Assembly (NCBI GenBank): GCA_963727895.1
Contig: CAVSHT010000009.1
Span: 128,001-192,000, forward strand
Direction of reading: 5' to 3'
DNA length: 64,000 nucleotides
Source of the DNA: an uncultured Methanosarcinaceae archaeon
GTDB taxonomy: Archaea; Halobacteriota; Methanosarcinia; Methanosarcinales; Methanosarcinaceae
Positions 33,332-43,800 of this stretch are shown piece after piece. Under the pieces are notes generated by a model. That model made no database searches. It had not been told where the DNA came from and saw nothing but the letters and a program-made list of their open reading frames with translations. Numbering within the stretch: the first letter of the stretch is position 1; each line of letters starts with the position of its first letter. Made by a program: the position numbers and the translations under genes.

Positions 33332-33469
33332 ATGAATGAAAATGACTCCAAATGCAATAAAAAATCTAATTACGAAGAGAATGACCTGCTCGCCTTTGCG
33401 TTACTGGCTCTGCTTGTCTTATTTGCACTCAAATACATTATTTATCCCGATATTGTCGTTTGTCTATAA
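33332..33469 (+). CDS. Possible 45-aa single-TM peptide
   Basis: MNENDSKCNKKSNYEENDLLAFALLALLVLFALKYIIYPDIVVCL. Confidence 0.35.
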   Translation: MNENDSKCNKKSNYEENDLLAFALLALLVLFALKYIIYPDIVVCL

Positions 33470-33994
33470 GTCAACAAATTGTTAATTCATTGAATATACA
33501 GTCAAACGTCTAATTACTGTATATACAGCGTAAAAACAGGACGATTAATCAAAAAGTGTTCGACAAAATACCACTAATCACTCGTTTTTGGGTATTATAG
33601 TGGGTTTAAAAAGATATTAGATATTGGTTGTACATACAATCAAAAATGCGTTTTTTCGCTATTGTTATATACGGACAGGGGGGGTAAAACAAAAGTATCC
33701 CCAAATTTATTGGAACTCATTTTTAGCTTATTTTACTGCTGATAGTTCTTTTAGTTTTAGAAAGTCTATTTATAAGAAAGTCTATTTATATTAAGAAACT
33801 GTTATTCTTCGCCTATTGTATAAATATAATTTTATATAAAATTATACATGCATGAGACTCTCTATTTCTGCTAAGCATGTGTGATCAATTAGAGTAAGTG
33901 AAAAAATTTGTTAGAGGATAATAATCCGACTAAAAAACTCACCTATACAAAAGAGAAAAATATAAAATTTATACAATAAATGGAGGAAAATACA

Positions 33995-34105
33995 ATGTTT
34001 GGAAATGGATTATTTAGAAGAGGAAGATTTGGTTTTGGTGGCTGTGACGGCGGCTTCGGTGGCTGTGGTGGCTTCGGTGGCTTCGGTGACTGTGGTGACT
34101 GTTAA
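33995..34105 (+). CDS. 36-aa Gly/Phe/Cys-rich peptide (not in ORF track)
   Basis: GGAGG RBS at 33982-86; MFGNGLFRRGRFGFGGCDGGFGGCGGFGGFGDCGDC. Confidence 0.7.
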   Translation: MFGNGLFRRGRFGFGGCDGGFGGCGGFGGFGDCGDC

Positions 34106-34354
34106 GAACAGTTGCAAGATCAGTGGCTCACAAGATTTGTAAACTATCCTGTTCTACATGAATCCGCAAAAATTGTATGTAATCTACTGAAAACAACAGC
34201 CTAAATAGGATCCCTTATTTTGAGGGATCTCTAAAACAGCTAAAAACTCCTACTTTTTTGAAGTTCATTTTTAAAATAGTCAATTGAGCTTCTGGGGAAA
34301 GTAATTCTAGAACTCTTCTTAATAATAGGAATATAGGCTGGTTTTGGGACAGGC

Positions 34355-34758
34355 TCATTGGTTGGATGGATATTTGACAGCTAGAGCCTTTATTATACCC
34401 AGTATTAACAACAACGTCGATAGGCCTAAAATAAATTGATAATCAAATCTTTGGGCATATACCCCTGCTGCGATTTCACGCATGACTATTAAAATCGTAG
34501 CATCGGTTACATATGCAATTTTGATTTCTTCATGTTCACGAAAATCAGCAAAAGTCTTGAAAAGATCAATAAGAACAAAAACTGTGAGGACACCAGATAC
34601 TATCTGACCTAAACCGCCTCCAAGAGTCCCGAATAAAATTGATTTGACATTCATGAGGAGACTTATTACTCCCCCGAATAGCGCCAGTAGCAGTATATAT
34701 AGGATGATAATAGTGACTAAATCAATTACAATTTTAAATATTTTTTTTGATCTATCAT
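34355..34758 (-). pseudogene. PsiE-family membrane protein, frameshift in an A8 run near the start
   Basis: VLTVFVLIDLFKTF...DATILIVMREI; one extra A restores MIDQKKIFKIVIDLV. Confidence 0.75.
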
Positions 34759-35544
34759 AAGTATTTTATAATGAATGTTCACTTTTAACCTCCCGATAAA
34801 AAGGTTAGGGCAATTCTCCACTGTAATAAAAACCCGTCTAGTGATGTTGATTTTGAGTTATCAAATACATATAATTGCCAATCCATGTCAAACTGAAAAA
34901 CACAATGAATAGGCAACAATTAAAGAAAAGGGACTAAAGAAAAGGAACTCACAAAAAATTCCCCATTAAATCTTAAATAAAATAGCTAGTGATATTGTTT
35001 TTCTTAGGCTATAGTTACAATTTATGATTTATTAAATCCGATTTTCCGCACATGCACACATTTAAGATAATTAAATAAGATTTATGCGTTTGAGCTGAGA
35101 AATAATAGCATTAAACCTTTAACTGTCGATATTTGATACAACATACGAAACTTTTGCTTATGGGGATTTAATCAGTTCATTTTCCAAATATAATATTCGT
35201 GAAATTATATTTATATATTTTACGTTTAGAAAATAAAAGCTTTTTCAGTTTTCAAATGATTATAACCCGAATTTGACAGAAACATAAATATTATGATGAA
35301 TAAATCAGCCACATGCTTATGTTTTTTCTCTACAACTGTAATTTATATACTACGTTCTTTGATTTTTGATATTTTCATTTTTCCAAAAAATTCTATGTCG
35401 ATGCAAAGTGTTTTTTGTAAGAACTCACTTTACAAATTAACAACTTCTGTCAAATTAAGGTTAAGAAAGAGAATTTCATAGTCTATTAGAATTTACAGAA
35501 TTTTCGAGACACTGCCAAATTACTGAAAATGCACTATAAAAATA

Positions 35545-36284
35545 GGAATTGTTACTTAACTATATCTAGTTATTTATTTCTGTATTTCATCAATAGAATA
35601 ACCGAGTACTTTAGCATTTCAAGACTCTTCGTATAACACTTTGTCTTTCTTCTCAACCTTGCCAGAAAGTGCCTCAATATGCTGTTATATCCTTCAACAG
35701 TATACGTTTTTGTTTTTGATTGAGTATGGATCTTTTCTGGAAGAAACTCTGCATATGCTCTCCAGTGATCTGTCATTACTTCTCCAATGTATTTTTTCTT
35801 CACTTTTTCCCAGAGTAGTTTTCCAGTTTCTGTTCCTCTGCTACCAAAAGAGCAGTTGATGAACTTTTTCCCAACTCTATCAACAGCAATCCAGATCCAG
35901 CAATATTTTTTTTGTTACCGATGTAAGTGTGCATCTCATCCATTTCAACAATAGATATCTCATTTTCGCTTTTTAGAGCCTCCAACTCCTTACCAAATTT
36001 CTTGATCCATTTTTGGACAGAAACATGACTCACCCCTAAAAACCGCCCTATTGAGTGAAAGCCCAATCCTTCAAGATAGAGTTGTAAAGCCTGTTTTTTG
36101 ACAGAAGTGGAAAAAGCAGTTGATTTTAGCTCTACTGTATAGTTATATCCACAATCATGGCATTTGTAGCGTTGACGACCACCAACTATACCATTCTTTT
36201 TGTGACTGGAACTATTGCATCTGGGGCAGTTCATGAAGAAATAGAGGTTCTCATAATAAATAACTATAGTTAATTAGCAAAGCC
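35545..36284 (-). mobile_element. IS1-family element, copy 3, with 8-bp target duplication
   Basis: 740 bp; TAAAAATA at 35537-44 and 36285-92; InsA open; inserted at the 5' end of a ParB-like gene. Confidence 0.96.
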
Positions 36285-36954
36285 TAAAAATATAGTGGAA
36301 AATGGCTTCAATTCCGCCTTTCCTGTAATCATTTGGAATAATGCCCTTATCGATGGGCATAATCGTTATCACATATGCCAAAAGCACAAAATTGAATTTG
36401 TATTTATCGAGCAGGACTTTGCTTCAAGATCTGCAGCTAAGATGTGGATTATTGAAAACCAACTTGGCAGGAGAAATATAAACAATATCATAAGAAATGA
36501 TTTGCTTGGTAGATGGTATAATGAAGATAAGAGGTCAAGAGGTAATCCTAACGGATTTGCTCAAATTAACCAATTCCGCAAAAATTGCGGAATTGGTGAT
36601 ACTGAGCCTGCAGACATAATAGTTAAACCTGCAGATATAATAGCTAAACAAGCAGGTGTAAGCTCAAGAACAGTAGAGTATGCAGCAAAGATAACAGAAG
36701 CAATAGACACAATCACTGCAAACACTGGAATTTCCAGAGCTACAATTCTGACTCGAAAAATCAATTACAAGCAGGAAGATTTAACAGACCTTGCAAAGCA
36801 TGACAAAGAATTTCAGCTCAGAGTAATGGAAAAAGTAAAATAAGACAGTGAAGACATTGGCTCTGCAATTATAAAAACTGAACGTGAAGACACTGCCAAA
36901 CAAATGGAAGAACTTGAAGCAAAAAGAAAGCAACTTCAAGATATAAAGAAGTAG
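36285..36954 (+). pseudogene. ParB-like/HTH paralog type A, module 2
   Basis: LIDGHNRY, ENQLGRRNI, IAKQAGVSSRTVE; 5' end disrupted by IS1; in-frame TAA at 36841-43. Confidence 0.8.
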
Positions 36955-37845
36955 ATGGTAGGGTTTTAAGTCCCTATTCTCAAATCCCTACCTGCGATCC
37001 AACCCAAAGATTAAGAGGAAACCCTATTACTCTTAATCTACAAATTTATATTATCATGGTTATATATATCATAATTGATGTCAAAAATTGTGTCTAAGCA
37101 AAATATAATTTAATGTATTATATTTTAATGCCATTATATATTACAATATTATAAAATAATCATATAACATTAAAATTTTAAATTGAAAACGATTTTTGAT
37201 ATAATTTATTTAATATAGTTTATGCTATTAGTAGGTACCGGAGTTGGAAAACAAATGGGGTATTATGGGGTACCAATAAAATAAAAGAATCTCCTGGAGG
37301 TCGCTGATTCCTCTTCGAATTAATATATTTGGGGGAGCATAATATTTCGAAGAAACTGTATCGGGGGCAACAGTAAACACAGCACCTCCGGGCTTTCTTA
37401 CATTATATATTCTGAAAAATTATCCATTTAAATTTCAAAATTAAAGAGGTATTATTCATGAAACATCTAAAAATATGCCCAAAATGTAATTCTAACCTGA
37501 AATTACATTCAGACGGTGTGACTCAGTATTGCAATGTTTGTAAGTACTGGACAAAAGCAGGTACTGCAAGACTTGACTCAATAATGATTTATGGATGAAG
37601 AGCCTAAATGAAAAATACAAAAAATTTTTAAAATTTGGATCTATTCTCCTACATTTTTGCTTTCTGACAGTTTCTAACTTTTTATCCTTCAAGAATTAAC
37701 TACATGCAGGTAATAATAATCAGGTGGAATTTTCTGACTGTTTCAGCTGGCAGTGAGGCTGCTGTGAGGTTTGGAGTAAGCGCGTTCGTCTTCCATGAGA
37801 TATTTCATATTAATTACCCTCAAAAATTAAAAGAAGGGGAATGCA

Positions 37846-37884
37846 CTAGGAAGCCACGAGGCCTTTAGCCTCGTGGTAGTTCAC
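37846..37884 (+). mobile_element. IS200/IS605-like right-end remnant
   Basis: GGAAG-CCACGAGGC-cttta-GCCTCGTGG-TAGTTCAC; degenerate second copy ends at 39817. Confidence 0.6.
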
Positions 37885-38041
37885 GAATTGCTGAACAATT
37901 CCATTAAACATACCTTTTTGGAAGATTCAAAAATAAGGATTTTCTATACCGTTGAATAAGCTTCAGCTTTTTAAACTAATACCATAATCTATGCATGTAT
38001 TGAAACTCATACAATATATTCAACACTACTAGGATTTTCAC

Positions 38042-38730
38042 TGACGGTCATAACAGGTATGCTTTGTGCACTAAGAACAACATACCCTTTTAGGGTTGAG
38101 GCTAAAGAGTTTGAATCACGAAATGATGTTTGTATATGGATGCTCCAAAATCAATTCGTTCGACGTAATCTAGATAATTATACTAAAGGTAGTTTGAGCC
38201 TTATATTCGAGGAATATGTTGAGAAACAAGTTGCTGAACGAAAATCAAATGCTATTACACTGTCAAACAAATTACGCTCAGTAAAACTAGAAGAAAACTC
38301 AATTCCGCAGAAATCTGCGGAATTGGAGACTAAGCAGAGAAGAAGAGGAATCGAGACACGCGATGCTGTTGGTAAAGTTGCCGGTGGTCTCTCATGATAC
38401 AATCTACAAAGTAAAAGAAATCAAGTCTCAAACTCCTTCAGCGCTCCTTCCTGAATTGGAGCGTTTAATAATTCCACATGCAGTAAGCATAAATCAAGCT
38501 CATAAATTTGTCCGTGCAATAAAAGCAATTCAAGGAAAAGTACCTGACAAGGTCACAGTTGCAAATAAAATTCTTAATGAGTTCAATCAGAATCCTTCTG
38601 TTTCCCTTGAAAGTAAGACAAAAGACGTAATACGTGAAACTCAGCGTGCAGAAAGAGATAGACAGTTAAGAGAAGCTGAAGAAAAAAGAAAGCAGCTTGA
38701 AGAAGAAGCAAGGCTAAACCGTGAAAAAAG
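38042..38730 (+). pseudogene. ParB-like/HTH paralog type B, module 2 (5'-truncated, frameshifted)
   Basis: Near-identical to 29247-29410 and 29575-29868, with a divergent middle. Confidence 0.88.
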
Positions 38731-38746
38731 AAATCTCTTAGTTTCT

Positions 38747-39073
38747 TTACCATTTCCAATATCCAAACCAACGTATATTTTTAGTGTTAGCCTCCTCTAA
38801 ATTACGAACAAAAAGATCAAATCCTTTTATAAAACATATTGAAGTAACAATTATATTAACTCTTAAATCATTTTCTACATACATCAACCCCATCGAAAAA
38901 TACCATATAGATTTAAATAAGTCAGTACTAAAATCTTTTTTCCATATGTATGCAAGAATTCTTATAATAATGAAAGCAACTGCAGAAAAAGGAATAAACG
39001 CAAAATCTAAATATTTTATAATGTTTCCAGCAAATAACAACCAAATAGAAAGATTCTCAAACATATTCACCAA
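38747..39073 (-). CDS. Small membrane protein
   Basis: Two to three hydrophobic segments; low GC. Confidence 0.5.
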   Translation of the reverse strand: MVNMFENLSIWLLFAGNIIKYLDFAFIPFSAVAFIIIRILAYIWKKDFSTDLFKSIWYFSMGLMYVENDLRVNIIVTSICFIKGFDLFVRNLEEANTKNIRWFGYWKW

Positions 39074-39188
39074 AATTTATACAAAGGTTTTTCTAATAAA
39101 ACTTTGCTCTTTCCGATTTATTAAAAGTCAAGTTTTATGAATTTACTTTGGAATCTTAGTACTAGTATACCTTACATCACCATTTAAT

Positions 39189-39665
39189 TCATTCTTTTTC
39201 AGTTAAAACTTCACTTATCTCTTTTTCAATGTCTGATCCTTTTCCATTGATTTGAAACCTTATAAACTCTTTATTTCCTTTTTTAAGGCTCACCTTACCT
39301 TCAGCAAATATTTTAATGCTTATCGTACCATCTATTTTTACATATTTAAGAGAAGTTTTTAGATAGTGTTGCAGTACGTGGGTAGCATAAGGAGTAAGCA
39401 GTACAACATTATCCCAGAAAAAATGAGTTTCTTGTACAGATGCACTTATATAGCATCTACGAGACTCTTGAGAACTACAATAATAATTAACTGATATATC
39501 TGGAAATTCTTTGATGAAAGACTGTCTATTAAATTGGTTATTAAAGATTCCTTCTTCTTCCTTGTGGGCTGGGATAATTAGAATATCCGACTTAAAATAT
39601 TCATCAATATTCTCAAATTTACAATACCCTTCTAATAGTTCATCTCTTGATACTTTTTCTGTCAC
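39189..39665 (-). CDS. Hypothetical protein
   Basis: 158-aa ORF with AGGAG RBS. Confidence 0.65.
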   Translation of the reverse strand: MTEKVSRDELLEGYCKFENIDEYFKSDILIIPAHKEEEGIFNNQFNRQSFIKEFPDISVNYYCSSQESRRCYISASVQETHFFWDNVVLLTPYATHVLQHYLKTSLKYVKIDGTISIKIFAEGKVSLKKGNKEFIRFQINGKGSDIEKEISEVLTEKE

Positions 39666-40077
39666 TGTTACTCCTTCTTAACTTTATTAAAATTGCAACT
39701 AAAAGATTTTAATAAACTGTTTTATAAAACACTACTAATTCCAAACATTTTGATTGAAATACTGATTTTGTATGAAAAAGCGAAAAACCCTGAGTTTTTA
39801 GCACCGTGGTAGTTCACAATTACATTACTAGATAAATATGTAAAAATATTTAAAATTATAGGAAGTGGGGTGAAAGTGTTCATGCTTGTGATCACGTTTA
39901 ACGTTCATTTAAAGAAAAAAACATAATTTTGGTAACTATAAACAGGCATTTATGACAATGGAATTAAAAATGGAAATCATGACAAATCGCATGACGAAGC
40001 CTTATTATCTGCAAATATACTATAAAAATTTAAGAATGGTAAAGAATAGGAATCATGATAAATCGCATTACAGAGCC

Positions 40078-40356
40078 TTTGTGCCGACCTTGTGCCAACT
40101 TTGTGCCGACCAAAAACATTAATGGTTCCGAGTGTGCCGACTTTGTTCTTTAAAACAATTTATAGTAGAAAAATTTTTTTCATAAATTAAATACACTGTG
40201 TGTGTCTTATAGAGAAGGGTTGTACAGAGGGGTTGGCACAAATGCGTTTTTCCGATACTTAAAGGCATGTTCCAACCCTAAAATTAGCTTTTTCGTAATG
40301 CACAGGCTTCTAGGTGGCAACTGTTGTCGGCACACCCGGCACAAAGTTGGCACAAA
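40078..40356. repeat. Inverted iteron arrays around an AT-rich core (origin-like)
   Basis: TGTGCC(G/A)AC x4 at 40078-40141; reverse complement x4 at 40232-40356; AT-rich 40145-40195. Confidence 0.8.
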
Positions 40357-40446
40357 ACTGAAAAAAGGGATAATAGGTATAGTTAAAATAGAAACAAAGA
40401 AAAGGGTTTGTCAGGGCGATTCGCCGCCCCACAGTGAGTGATTTAA

Positions 40447-40704
40447 TTATTCTTGATTTCCGCCCTGAATTCCCTTCAAGGAACGGATTGCAAGAGCTAC
40501 GAATGTTACTAGGACGACTACACCTACGATATTAACACCATTATTCCAGACTGAAGCACCCGTTGTTGCATTTGCAAAGTCCCCAGATTTATTAACCGGC
40601 ATTGCCTGTGAAACTTTTTCACCAATACCCGGCCCTAAATAGAATATAATAACGAGCGTGAGAAGCCCAACACACATCCCTACAAGTTCGGTCATTGTAC
40701 TCAT
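40447..40704 (-). CDS. 85-aa helical-hairpin membrane protein, spindle-virus MCP-like or pilin-like
   Basis: Two hydrophobic helices; linker with NKS and NAT sequons; own TTTATATA box and AGGTGA RBS. Confidence 0.6.
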   Translation of the reverse strand: MSTMTELVGMCVGLLTLVIIFYLGPGIGEKVSQAMPVNKSGDFANATTGASVWNNGVNIVGVVVLVTFVALAIRSLKGIQGGNQE

Positions 40705-40881
40705 CGTTTTTTCACCTACCTTAACTATATAATCTGTTTTCCCGAGTATATAAAGACATTTAAAAATAATAGTGTGCAGCAGGCTTTGTATGTGAGAATG
40801 GTATCAAAAAAATGAAAATTGAACCCTTCTAAGGCAATCGTTATTAGCAAACTTAAAAATAAGGTTAAAGGGTTTACCCCT

Positions 40882-43800
40882 TTATCCCAACATTGTCCCT
40901 AAACTACCTAAACGATTGTATATAGTTCGTTTTTTATTTATTTGACTAATTGACTTCTTTACGGGGATTTTCACCTCTTTCTTTTTCTTTTTCGCTGAAT
41001 TTTTCTCATCACCGTTTTTCCGCATCAGTAGATATGCTAAACTACTTTTTTGAGTATTAGCCATTCTTACCGAAGCGCTTTTATTGTTAACTGATCCCGT
41101 TGAGTTGCTTGCCCCTTTTGAACCTCTTGAATTCCCCTGCAGTGCAGCTGTGGAGAACTTAGGAAGTGTCAATACTGCTTTTGAAATTTGCTTTGATCCC
41201 TGTGAGCCTTGCTTACTACCGTTTCGATTTATACTGTTGTTAGAGTTTCCAGATTTTGAGTTTGGAGATGCAACAGTCTTTTTTTGTCGAAGACACAGTA
41301 ATTGAGCCCGATCCTAGCATAGTGCTTATATTTCCCAATTTATTGAATATGGTTCTATTTCTGTTTATTTCACTGCTAGTATGCTTCACATACTGCTGTG
41401 ATTTTTTCTTTTTGTTTGTATCTATTACGTCTTTACGCTTTTTTAGCATGTGTAGGAAGGCTATTGAGCTGTTTTTAGCTGAGTACTCCGGTAAGGATTG
41501 CCCGCTTTGTGAAGTTGTGCTTTTTTCTGTCACTGATTTTACACCCTGAGATATTTTTGGGATGTTTAAATTGCTTAATATTTTAGTAATACTTGAAACA
41601 TCCGATATCGTTTTAGGTGAAACTAGTGAGAGGCTTTTGCTTGACTTTGTTCCAGCGGACGCTGAGTTTAACTTTTTACCCGCAGTTGATGCTATTGCAC
41701 TCCTGCTAGATCCTGAACGTTTTACTGCCCCCTTTGAAGAACCTAGCATATTAGGTTGATATTGAGTTGCTTTTTTGATCCAAAATCATCACTATATCTC
41801 TTGTTCACGCTTTTCAATTGATGAAACACACAAAAAGAATGAACCACTTCAGGAAAGACGCTTTTTACAGCTCCAATGATTGCTTTATCTTCATCAGAAA
41901 CGATTTTTTGTATTTTGCCTTCTGGAAATCGGTTTTTTATTCGTAGGATAAGAGAAATTAGAGCTTCAATTGTTGGTAACCTGTCAGTTACCTCAAAATC
42001 CAAAATTACCTTTTCTTTTGTAGCGATAACGTAAACGGATTGATATCGCATCTTTTTCCATTTTTTTAATGTAATCTCTCGTCCTATCAGAGTCTCAAAC
42101 TTCTTTTTCCATCCTTTCTTGACCCGATCTCCATCAATATACAAAGTTCCATCAAAATCAGGATTTTGATATAAAAGTTCTTGCTTAGAAAATACAGATT
42201 GTTTTTGCTCATGCAACCATAATGAAGAGGCACAAGGAGCTCTGCCGCATATATCAGTCAAACCTTCTGTATATGTTTCGCCTACCCTACAGGAATTGTG
42301 AAGACTGCATCTGCTATCGTATCTGACAAGCATTTGTTTGTCATAGAACTCATCACTGTAATTTGCGGATCCAGAAACACCAACGATCTGATCATGAAAA
42401 TGCTTTTTACAAGTAGGACAAATCCAGTATGTAGTATTGCAAGTTATGGTGCCATAACTTGTGAGAATTGAACGAGTATAGTGAGAGTTCACATTTAATT
42501 TAGCGCCACAAAAATCACAATGAGTAGGAGATATTAAAGAGAACAGAGAATGAAAGCGATTTTCAACTAGCAATTTCGGCAAAGGAATTAATACATTGCC
42601 TTCAAGTATCGTTTTTACCATTGAATTCTCGATTGATTTATTTCCTCTTCCCATTAAAACGAATTTATCTCAATGAAATTAAAATTTTATTGTTTTGCAC
42701 GATTGAGAAAAAAGAGGTAGACCAGAAAATAATAAAAAGTCTCTAATCTAGAGACCTCATTTTCAGCATTTTGTGCAGCCCTGTCACGTAAAGATCCGTT
42801 TGGAGCAGTAGCAGCCGAACTGATTTCACCTGCATTACTAATAATTTCATCAAAACCTTTTTTATTCCCCTGATCTTCATAAATAAACTCTTTTTCTCCT
42901 TCGGTTGTCACTCCCACAAGTTTATTAAGTTCTGCTTTAGTCGGAAGTCTATCATTTGTCACAATGAACTCAGCAACTGGGGAATACGCTTTTGATTGTG
43001 TGTTATCTATTATGTTAGGATACTTTTCTGCTACCGCTTTTGTGTAACTTACCACATCTGCAGCTTTACCCGTGCCTTTAATTACTTTGTTCGATGTTCC
43101 GATCTCTACTAGGTCACGAACATCTTTCACCCTGCCTGCGTGAGCAACTTCCACAGACTTTCCACCTTTAAGGAAAGTACTTCCAGCATATTTACGGGCA
43201 GCCTGTTCCTGTAATTTCATTAATTTTACGCCGTCGACTTTCAGCGATTTCAACTCGCCAAAGTTGTAAGCGATACCTTCCTGTTTTTGCCATCCCTGCT
43301 TAAGCTAGTCTTGTGTTTCTGCTATGTCCAAGAGGCTTGACTTTGCGTTATGGTTAAAGACTTCAACTCCTTTTTCCCAGTTCCCATTTACTTTAAAGGC
43401 TATTTTAGGCTCATTGGTGCCTTTATTTTCTACTTTGAAATCCTTGCCTTCTGAAAACCCTTTTTTAGTGGCAGCTGTAGCAAATTTCTGTATATATGCT
43501 GTTGGATTATCAACGTAGATTTCGAGATCTCCGGGGGTACGAGTCAAGTATTTTTCCATTTGCAATTTCTGCGCATTGGAACCCGCAACTTGAATTTTAT
43601 AATCAGTTCCACCTTTTAGAGACCTAACTGCACTTTTTATGCCTGAATCTTTCCCGTATGACTGGATAGACTCTGTTAATGCCGCTCGCATTTTTGTAGG
43701 CACATCAGTACTTAGTATAGAGAATTTCTCAGGATTTACAACTGTATTTTTAGCATTGTAGGCAGCGGTTGCAACACGTTTACCGGCTGCATAATATGTT

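Noticed and set aside
36955..37000. tRNA 3' fragment as att site (CAAATCCCTACCTGCG)
   Set aside because: No full T-arm or acceptor match to the tRNAs here; it looks like a simple hairpin.
40202..40441. 79-aa ORF across the iteron array
   Set aside because: Likely a spurious frame through non-coding repeats.
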